Shown here: one piece after another, positions 56,869 through 64,000 of the stretch | Layout: every line of letters starts with the position of its first letter | Numbering within the stretch: position 1 is the stretch's first letter | Assembly: GCA_040755995.1 (NCBI GenBank) | Contig: JBFMAF010000008.1 | Span: 64,001 to 128,000 of the forward strand | DNA: 64,000 bases | Direction: 5' to 3' | DNA from: Acidobacteriota bacterium | GTDB taxonomy: Bacteria > Acidobacteriota > CAIWXX01 | The notes under the pieces: generated by a model | The model's database searches: none | What the model saw: only the letters and a program-made list of their open reading frames with translations | Told to the model about the DNA's origin: nothing | Translations under genes and position numbers: made by a program

Positions 56869-56929
56869 TGGTAGCTGAACGGGTGTAGATACTCTTTCGA
56901 GAGACGGTTGCCCGGGTCGATCCGCTCCA
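56869..56929 (+). ncRNA. Candidate riboswitch, resembling the DUF1646 / Na+-I class
   Basis: GCTGAACGGGTG-[CTCT-TTCG-AGAG]-ACGGTTGCCC-GGGTCGATCCGC, with nested stems CGGGTG/TGCCCG and AGC/GCT, right after TTGCAG-N17-TATTGT; class assigned from recalled consensus only. Confidence 0.45.
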
Positions 56930-57017
56930 CGGCGCACGCTGAATCCTGGGGAGGTTGGGCTACAGGCGGAGGAGGCGGCCGAACAATCTCACTGGACGAA
57001 ATCAAGGAGACACTAGC

Positions 57018-58286
57018 ATGCCTCGGCGAGTGAGACTGCGCACGCTCATGCTCGCCATACTCTTTCTGGCCGTGACCTTCCCCCTGGGCATTCTCACGGC
57101 ATTCCATGCGTTCCAGTACTCGCGGCTCGAAAAGCAGAAGACCGTCAGCCGCTTGCAGGAGTCCGCTGAGGCAATGGCGGAGACAATCCAGATCGAGCTG
57201 CACCGGTACCGCGACGGCATCACCGTGCTGGCCGGACAGCTGGAACGCGCCGGCCGTTCGGACCGCGCTTCGCTCGAATCCGCGCTGGTCGACATCGCCC
57301 CAACGTATCCTGAGTTTCTCACCATGATCGTTGTGGATGCGAATGGCAAGATCGTGGCGGAGAAACAGAAGCAGGGTGCTCCGGTGAGCTCGTCGATCGG
57401 CCACTCGGTCGCGGACCGCGAGTACTTCCAGGTCCCGATGAAGACCGGCAGGAGTTTTGTCTCTGACGCCTTTCGCGGCCGCCATTTCGGCACGGACCCG
57501 ATCGTCGCCGTCTCGGCTCCGATCAAGATGCCGAACGGCGCCACATTCGTGGTCGAGGGCTCGCTCAACCTGTTGGATTTCGCCCGGCTGGAGGCGCGCT
57601 ACAAAGGCATACCGGGCGAACGGGTGCTGATCACCGACTCGAAGGATCAGGTGCTCTATGCCAGCCCATTTCTGAAGATCGCGCCCTTGACCGACGTCTC
57701 CGGCTCGAAACTGTTGGCGTTGGAGAAAGAGAGCAGCGGCAAGCCCTACGTCATCACCGAGGCGGAAGGCCCGACCTACATGGGCCACTACACCATCCAA
57801 CCAAGCCTCTGGCACGTGTACTTCGGCCAGCCGGTGTCCTACTCCCGGGCAGATCTGCGATCCTATCACCTGGCAGCTGTGCTGGTCGGAGTGGGCGGGA
57901 TCATCATGTCCTCCCTGCTTGCAACCTGGATGGCGCGTTCAGTCAACAGACCGATCCACGCGCTCGCGGAATCTTCGCGCAATCTGATTATGAATGGAAA
58001 ACGTCCCAATATCTCACCCAGTGCCACGACGCCCATGGAGATCGCCGCTCTGGTTGATGACCTGCAGCTCTACAGCGAAAGACTGAGCAAGGCGCTGACG
58101 GGCCTGTTGCCCATCTGCTCGAGTTGCAAGAGCATCCGGGATGAAAACGGCAACTGGATCCGGATCGAGTCATACATCAAGTCGAAAACCGAAGCCGAGT
58201 TCACTCACGGTCTCTGCCCGACGTGCGCAGACAGGCTCTACCCCGAGCTGAGATCCGGTGCGTGGCGCCCACCTGACAGAACGTAG
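57018..58286 (+). CDS. Membrane sensor: Cache domain, HAMP-like linker and C-terminal CxxC..HGxCxxC zinc-ribbon
   Basis: Two TM helices, SVADREYFQ Cache motif, LPICSSCKSIRD..FTHGLCPTC; AAGGAG SD. Confidence 0.82.
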   Translation: MPRRVRLRTLMLAILFLAVTFPLGILTAFHAFQYSRLEKQKTVSRLQESAEAMAETIQIELHRYRDGITVLAGQLERAGRSDRASLESALVDIAPTYPEFLTMIVVDANGKIVAEKQKQGAPVSSSIGHSVADREYFQVPMKTGRSFVSDAFRGRHFGTDPIVAVSAPIKMPNGATFVVEGSLNLLDFARLEARYKGIPGERVLITDSKDQVLYASPFLKIAPLTDVSGSKLLALEKESSGKPYVITEAEGPTYMGHYTIQPSLWHVYFGQPVSYSRADLRSYHLAAVLVGVGGIIMSSLLATWMARSVNRPIHALAESSRNLIMNGKRPNISPSATTPMEIAALVDDLQLYSERLSKALTGLLPICSSCKSIRDENGNWIRIESYIKSKTEAEFTHGLCPTCADRLYPELRSGAWRPPDRT

Positions 58287-58438
58287 CGAGGCCGGGCCTC
58301 GGACCGATGACTCATGCAGGGCCCCTCTGGCCCCGCCTCGCGTAGAGAGTAGAGAGTGGCAGGGACGCGGTGCGCTGCGTCGCCCCCTCACCGCGTCTCC
58401 GCCACGGTCGCGGATCGCCAACGGCCCGGAAATGCGCC

Positions 58439-60409
58439 TCAGAATATGAAATCGGCCGTGGCCGTCTCTGTGCCCACGATCTTCACGCTCTTCTTGATCT
58501 GCCTGGTTCCACGCTTTGCGAGGAGCTGGTAGTCGCCGGCCCGGAGAAGCCCGAGCGAGTACTTCCCGTCCGTGCCGGATGTGACTGTCCTGACGATCCC
58601 GTACTTCTTCAGCGATACGGTTACCGGCACAGCGCTCAGCACTGTTCCCTTCTTGTCTTTCACTGTTCCCGCGACGGCTCCACCCGTAAGGGCTACGTTA
58701 ATGGCGGCGCGGTCCTCCACTCCGGCCTTCCAGAATGTCTGCCAGGCCGAGATGAAGGACTCGAACTTGGTCAAGTCGGTCGTGCTCGGCGTCGCGCCCT
58801 GTTTCACCAGCATGACGAAGCCTTGATTGAGGACATGCTGAGACTTGTCCCACAGCGGATTCCGCTGCCCTTCCGCCTGGATGATCTGGCCGACATTGAC
58901 ATTGACGCGCGTGCCGTTGAATGTCACGCCGACTTTGGGTGAGGTGCTGGGGTCTCCGCCGGCACCCGTGACGTAGAAGGAATCAGGCACCGACGAAGAG
59001 GGCCGGAACCCCATGAGGTAGTGATCCCACCCGGAGTATCTCATCGATGCCGCGATGGTGCCGAACGTGCCGTTGCCGTTGTCCTGGATGTCATTGCCTT
59101 CCATGCAAGACGCGTCTGTATCGAAGTAGAACGACCAGTGGGCGAGGGAACGGCCCAGGAGGTTCGTCGTTCGCACGCCGTTCTCCATGATCCGTGGCTT
59201 GGCCAGCCAGAGGTGGCCCGTCTCTTCGCCCATCACGCTCACAGTGCTGGATTCGCCCAGAAACTTCTTCGTTGGATCGCTGGGGTACTTGTGGATATAG
59301 TCCATGACCACCAGGCTCTTGAAGCGCCCGCTGCTGCCGACGAACGAGCTGAAATCGTAGATCTCCTCACCGATCCCGCCCACCTCGTTCTTCAGCGTCA
59401 TCTCGTATGCGAAGGCCCCGGAGCCCCTCGGTATGATCTGCACCTCGCGGCTGTTCGTCCAGATCTGGACAGTGTCAAACGAGTCGCCGTGCGATGCCAG
59501 AAACTTGCGGATGACGGCGAACTCGTCGATCGCTTTCGTGTTCGAGAAGATCTCGCCGATCGCACCCTTGAGGCTCGCAATGGGCAGATCCGTCGCGTAG
59601 TCCACAACATCCGGGGTGCCTCCGCTGGACATGCCGGGAGTGATGCCCACGATCGCGCGGGTCGGCGACATGCTGCTCGTCCAGTTGAATTGAATATCCC
59701 CGGACTTGTAGAGCACAACCTGGAAGCGGTTGGCCGGGAGCGGCGTCGATTCGCTGAACTCCGGGACGTTGTTCCAGGTGATCACGACGCGGTCAGCCAA
59801 CTTCGCAAGGTCGACCTCGCCGCCTTGCTGCGGGTTCAGATCGTCGAACAACGGTGCGATCCGAACCAGCGCGTTGAAGCGCGTGAAGTTGCGGTCAGTG
59901 CTCTCGTCATCCCCCTGCTCGAACGTGACATTCCCGTCCGAGTTCACATAGGCACGAGTGTGGGTCTTCGAGAAGAACTTGAAGGAGAAGCCGATGTCCA
60001 CCGGCTCGGAATCGTCGTCGCCCAGATCCAGCTTCGGACCCGCCGTCTCATCGAACACGGCGCCCACGAACTGCACAGCATAGCTGCCATCTTTGTTTCG
60101 CTTGAACTTGACGGACCTCTGTTTCAGATCAAACGGATTGATGTCAACCAGAATGCCGCTCTGCTTGGTCGCCTCGATCACGGCCACGTTCCCGATGTCA
60201 CGATCGCCTGGCGACCGCAGCTCCAACGGAATCCCCTGCCGCTCGAGCTGCCGAAGGTTGAACAGGTGTTGCGAGAGCGGCGCCAGCGGCGGACCGCTGG
60301 TGGTGCCGCAGTAATGTCCCTGGCGCCAGTCACTCGGCCCGAGCGGCCGGGCGCCCACTACCGCCGGGACTACGGCCATGACCAGCGCAACTGCCAAAGC
60401 TCTTCTCAT
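58439..60409 (-). CDS. Secreted protein with nidogen-like region, peptidase-like core and C-terminal carboxypeptidase-regulatory-like domain
   Basis: Signal peptide, GDDDS..FSFKFF..VNSDGNVTF..IAPLFDDL, GEETGHLW..AHWSF, C-terminal GTVKD..GKYSL..GDYQL. Confidence 0.7.
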   Translation of the reverse strand: MRRALAVALVMAVVPAVVGARPLGPSDWRQGHYCGTTSGPPLAPLSQHLFNLRQLERQGIPLELRSPGDRDIGNVAVIEATKQSGILVDINPFDLKQRSVKFKRNKDGSYAVQFVGAVFDETAGPKLDLGDDDSEPVDIGFSFKFFSKTHTRAYVNSDGNVTFEQGDDESTDRNFTRFNALVRIAPLFDDLNPQQGGEVDLAKLADRVVITWNNVPEFSESTPLPANRFQVVLYKSGDIQFNWTSSMSPTRAIVGITPGMSSGGTPDVVDYATDLPIASLKGAIGEIFSNTKAIDEFAVIRKFLASHGDSFDTVQIWTNSREVQIIPRGSGAFAYEMTLKNEVGGIGEEIYDFSSFVGSSGRFKSLVVMDYIHKYPSDPTKKFLGESSTVSVMGEETGHLWLAKPRIMENGVRTTNLLGRSLAHWSFYFDTDASCMEGNDIQDNGNGTFGTIAASMRYSGWDHYLMGFRPSSSVPDSFYVTGAGGDPSTSPKVGVTFNGTRVNVNVGQIIQAEGQRNPLWDKSQHVLNQGFVMLVKQGATPSTTDLTKFESFISAWQTFWKAGVEDRAAINVALTGGAVAGTVKDKKGTVLSAVPVTVSLKKYGIVRTVTSGTDGKYSLGLLRAGDYQLLAKRGTRQIKKSVKIVGTETATADFIF

Positions 60410-60692
60410 GTGTCCTCCGTGTGAGTCCAGGGAATCCTCTGCGCCCGACAACAAATCGGGCGCAGGGAAGATCCTAGCAGATGCCGCCGGCTTTTGCAGT
60501 CTGGTTGTCCGCTCGCCCGCTCGCCGGGTCATCGGCAGTGCTACTGCAACCGACTGCCGGAGGCTCACGCCCCGGGCAACGCGCTTCCACTGTCCCTCGG
60601 TGAGCGCTCCCAGACGGAGGCCCTGGCCGGCGGTGAGACGGGGGAACTCACGAGGGCTCGATTCTTCGCCAGTGTGGTGTTAGATTGAGTGT

Positions 60693-61121
60693 ATGAATTC
60701 TCTTGCGTTGATCCTCGCCTGCGCCCTCGGTTCGGCTGAAGCCGATGGCGTCCGAATGATCGACGCGCAGGCGACAGCTACCAGGGACAGCGATCAGGGC
60801 GCGGTCAAGCGCGAATCGCCGGAAACCGCTGCCACCGAGCCGGATCGAGAGAATACGTCAATCGAGTCGATACTGGATGAGCCGCCTACCTACACAGGCG
60901 AGCCCATCGATCTCGAACTCACGGATGCTCCGATTCAGCAGGTCATACGCCTGCTGGCGGAGATCGGCGGCTACAGCTACGTGCTCGATCCGGCCGTCGA
61001 CGGCAAGGTGACGATTCACCTCAAGGCAGTTCCGTGGGATCAGGCGCTCGCGCTCATCCTGCGCTCACACGGCCTCGGCTTCGATGTCGAGGGAAGCGCC
61101 CTGCTGATAGCAGATCCCTGA
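60693..61121 (+). CDS. Stand-alone secretin/TonB N-terminal (PilQ N0-like) domain protein
   Basis: Signal peptide, YTGEPIDL..IRLLAE..VDGKVTIHLKAVPWDQALALIL; no secretin barrel. Confidence 0.75.
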   Translation: MNSLALILACALGSAEADGVRMIDAQATATRDSDQGAVKRESPETAATEPDRENTSIESILDEPPTYTGEPIDLELTDAPIQQVIRLLAEIGGYSYVLDPAVDGKVTIHLKAVPWDQALALILRSHGLGFDVEGSALLIADP

Positions 61122-61266
61122 GCCCCGATCCTGAGGGGCCGGCTGTCGCAGTCTGCGGCCGGGGGCGCCGCCATGATAGCGGTCCGCTGGATGTCCTCGA
61201 AGCTCACGTGTCTCCGTCTCCCCGCGTCTGCCCCCTCCATCATCACACTAACACGTGGAAGCATAC

Positions 61267-62208
61267 TCATATCATGACCTGGAGCGCCGACGGCAGCACA
61301 TCGATAGACTGGGGCTTTACGGTCAGGACCTCGCCGTCGACCATCACATCGATGGGCTCGTCGAGATCGAAGTCGATCCTCCTGGCGGCACAACGCCATG
61401 CCAGCGGATCGCGGATGTGCGTGCCGTCGTAGAGAGCGGGGAGCCGTCGAATGAGACCCAGGCGGCCGATCGGACTCCAGCGAACGAGCTCGATCAATCC
61501 GTCGCTCGGATCTGCGAGAGGCGCCAGCATCATCTTGCCTCCGGTGAACTTGCTGTTGTTGAACGTGAGCAAGAGGCAATCCCGCCGGTCGATCTCCGAG
61601 GACCCGTCCACTCGAAGTGGGAAGGCGCGGCCTCGATACCGGATCAGGCGCTGCAGTACGCCGAGCAGGTATCCCGCTTCGCCGAGGCGTTTGTAACGCC
61701 GGTTGGCGATCACGCAGACATCGGCGACGAAGCCGACGCTGAGGAGGTTGATGTAGTGAAGCAGCCCATCACCGTGGCTGAGGCGAAGCACATCGCACGG
61801 CCGCGACCGGTTCTCCAGCATCGCCCGCGTGGCGTCTGCGAGGCCGTTCGCGGTGAAGTCTCGGAGAAAGGAGTTACCGGTTCCAAGCGGAAGGAAGCCC
61901 AGGACCGGAGGCGGGCCTTCCGATGCCTCCGGGTACAGGCCGTTCACGATCTCGAACGCAGTGCCGTCGCCGCCGACCGCGATGAAGCGCTGGCATCCCT
62001 GGCAGTAGGCGGCGCGCGCGATCTCGACTGCGTGTCCGGCGTAGCGCGTTTCGGAGACCTCGAACAGCAAACCGGCCGAACGCAATCCGGCCAAGACATC
62101 GCCGGCCAGCCGGCCGCACCGCCCGTGCCCAGCCTTGGGATTGACGACGGCGATGGCACCGGTCGAGCTCGGCCGGACCGAGGTGCTGTCCCTAGGAGGG
62201 CCGATCAC
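61267..62208 (-). CDS. Diacylglycerol-kinase-family lipid kinase
   Basis: NPKAG, GGDGT, PLGTGN, SVGF and DGE motifs. Confidence 0.9.
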   Translation of the reverse strand: MIGPPRDSTSVRPSSTGAIAVVNPKAGHGRCGRLAGDVLAGLRSAGLLFEVSETRYAGHAVEIARAAYCQGCQRFIAVGGDGTAFEIVNGLYPEASEGPPPVLGFLPLGTGNSFLRDFTANGLADATRAMLENRSRPCDVLRLSHGDGLLHYINLLSVGFVADVCVIANRRYKRLGEAGYLLGVLQRLIRYRGRAFPLRVDGSSEIDRRDCLLLTFNNSKFTGGKMMLAPLADPSDGLIELVRWSPIGRLGLIRRLPALYDGTHIRDPLAWRCAARRIDFDLDEPIDVMVDGEVLTVKPQSIDVLPSALQVMI

Positions 62209-62782
62209 TTCAGGCTCGAGAACAGCGGCCCAAGATCGAGCGTGAAGCCTGGGATAACGCGGCTCTCGACGGTCCCCGTCCCTTCTGCGGCGCTCTGCAG
62301 CACAAAGCGGTCCCCCTTCAGCTCGAGAATCTCGATCCGAGCTGTCTCGGGATCGACCACCCAGTACTCACGCACCCCAGCCCAGGCGTAGTCACGGCGC
62401 TTCTGCCACAGGTCCAGCTTCGCCGTAGAATGAGAAAGAATCTCGAAAACCACGTCCGGGGCCCGTGGATGTGGGTATCGCGCAGACGGTCTGCGTGCTC
62501 GTTGAGGATGACCATTAGGTCCGGTTGGTACGCCGTGTCATCGGCCAGGCGCACATCCAAAGGCGCGTTGTACACCTCACCGAGGCCGCCGTCTTCGACG
62601 TGCTTCATGAGCCGGTATTGAATGATCTTCGAAATCTTCTGGTGAAACCGCGATGGTGATGGACGTGGCATGGGTTCTCCGTGCACCAGAATCCAGTAAC
62701 CCGGCTGAGTCTCGGTCCAGGCGCGGAAGTCCTCGTATCGGCTGAAACGGATCGCTGGAGCGTGAGTCGCTTCTGTCGGCAT
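62205..62782 (-). pseudogene. Uma2-family endonuclease with single-base frameshift
   Basis: PSPSRFHQ..QPDL..IHG in one frame, PDVVFEILS..K..Y..GVREYWVVDP in the next; shift in the G/C run at ~62457-62464. Confidence 0.8.
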
Positions 62783-63075
62783 GGTGGCCCTCAATCAAGC
62801 CTGAGAGTATTATACGGAGCGCAGTCTGCTTGTTCAAATCGAGCTCGGCGGCTCGCGCCGGTCGACGGGCACAGTTCAAGTCGTGCGCTGTGGCACTACA
62901 GCCCCGGATTCCTCCGTGTGGCTCGTCGCACGCGGCGCGTTCGCCCCGGTCTGAGGCCGGCTGGTCCCAGCAGCCGGAGCAGGATGCGCAAAAGGCGTGT
63001 ATCATCTGACTGTGGACCTCCGGGACTTGGCATCGCCAATCGATCCGGTAGAATGCTGATCGTGAGGAGGCAGTC

Positions 63076-64000
63076 ATGAGGCTCGGCGCGAATGGCATTG
63101 CATTGTGTGCGTGCGCTCTGGTATTCACCGGTGCGAGCGCGGGCGAGGTGCGGGAGGAAGCGGCGGCTTCGGCTGTCGAGGTGCCGGTCTACGTCGCTGA
63201 TCGCGACGGGAACCCGGTCATGGATCTCAAGTCTGAGGATTTCACGGTGTACGAGGACGGCAAGAAGCAGAGCCTGCTCTTTGCTCAGATCGTCGTCGCC
63301 GGAGCTGTGCCCGCGGCCACTGTTGTAGGACAGACTCAACCGGCCCCGCCGTCTCCCGCGATCGAGGCGCCTCGCAATTTTGCGCTCCTGTTCGACCTCA
63401 CGTTCAACGACCTCGGCGGGATCCGTCGAGCGCGCGAGGCCGCCATGCGGTTCGTCACCGAGCAGGCAGCCGAGGATGATCGGATCGCCGTCTTCACGCT
63501 GTCGCGTGCAGGTCGCATCACCATGTGCTCGAACTTCACGACCGACCGCCGGAACCTCAAGGAAGCTCTTGCCACACTCAGCGCCAGGAAGAGTGCCGAG
63601 ACGCTCTCGGAGTCCGCGGGACTCGTTCAGGCGCCGCCCACCCCGTCTTCCACTTCGCTCGGGCTGGGCAAAGGTGTCGGCGCGCCGGACACGATGGCCG
63701 AAGGGATGCAGAACGCCCTGGCCGCGCTGGAGATCGAGGAGCAGCTGGCCGTCTCGGCCTTTGACCGGGCATCGTACCGCGCCGTCGTCCGCGACTACCT
63801 CTCGGACCTGCGCGATTTCGCCCGCTCCCTGGACGTGCTGCCCGGGCGCAAGTTCGTCGTCTTCTTCTCGGGTGGCTTCGACACAGGTTCCGCCTTCTAC
63901 AACACGCCCGATGCCAGCTACGAGTGGGGCGGCGGTGACTCGGGTGCCCCACCGGTAGTGATCGATTCGAGCCTGGGCACGACGGAGACGGCGACCGTCG
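63076..64000 (+). CDS. VWA-domain protein (VWFA-related acidobacterial type), partial
   Basis: GAGGAGG SD; MRLGANG..VEVPVYVADRDGNPVMDLKSEDFTVYEDGKKQ..LLFDL..FTTDR..PGRKFVVFFSGG; runs off the window so it is absent from the ORF track. Confidence 0.85.
   Translation, partial: MRLGANGIALCACALVFTGASAGEVREEAAASAVEVPVYVADRDGNPVMDLKSEDFTVYEDGKKQSLLFAQIVVAGAVPAATVVGQTQPAPPSPAIEAPRNFALLFDLTFNDLGGIRRAREAAMRFVTEQAAEDDRIAVFTLSRAGRITMCSNFTTDRRNLKEALATLSARKSAETLSESAGLVQAPPTPSSTSLGLGKGVGAPDTMAEGMQNALAALEIEEQLAVSAFDRASYRAVVRDYLSDLRDFARSLDVLPGRKFVVFFSGGFDTGSAFYNTPDASYEWGGGDSGAPPVVIDSSLGTTETATV

Noticed and set aside
56935..57000. GCTGAATCC suggesting a tandem c-di-AMP (ydaO) riboswitch after the candidate Na+ motif
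   Set aside because: Only the first short motif is present; the remaining conserved blocks and the required length are missing.
1..64000. CRISPR array, tRNA/rRNA genes, intact transposase or integrase
   Set aside because: No regularly spaced repeats, recognisable structural RNA genes or recombinase ORFs were seen by eye; a tRNAscan/Infernal run would be needed to exclude RNA genes fully.

Overview
64 kb of GC-rich bacterial DNA from an anaerobe, probably Acidobacteriota-like: it carries a partial VWFA-related 'acidobacterial' protein at the right end, several TonB-dependent receptors and Hanks-type kinases. The left ~27 kb is a metal-homeostasis and metalloenzyme island. It holds a NikR-autoregulated TBDR/FmdE-like operon with a visible operator, a tungsten AOR-type three-gene oxidoreductase, a ZIP transporter, two more TBDRs and a CusCBA/CzcCBA-type RND pump. 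The middle has a group 3c [NiFe]-hydrogenase (mvhDGA) convergent with hdrA and a CCG-domain gene, plus deoB and pnuC-nadR. Three vapBC pairs, an orphan hicB and several pseudogene remnants are scattered through the window. The main discovery is three paralogous ~90-aa upstream ORFs (TM/signal - SHTE - CPAC/CPAG - RSPP-stop). Each is followed ~60 nt later by a Shine-Dalgarno that its own 3' end could sequester, and they head two importers and one exporter. This looks like a metal-sensing ribosome-arrest regulatory cassette. One copy sits on a hollowed-out duplicate of the efflux operon, with 5' tolC and 3' cusA remnants flanking an inserted TBDR. Also noted: a rewired proton-relay motif in the RND pump, and a candidate Na+ (DUF1646-type) riboswitch ahead of a Cache/Zn-ribbon sensor. 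All calls are by eye from motifs; no searches were run.
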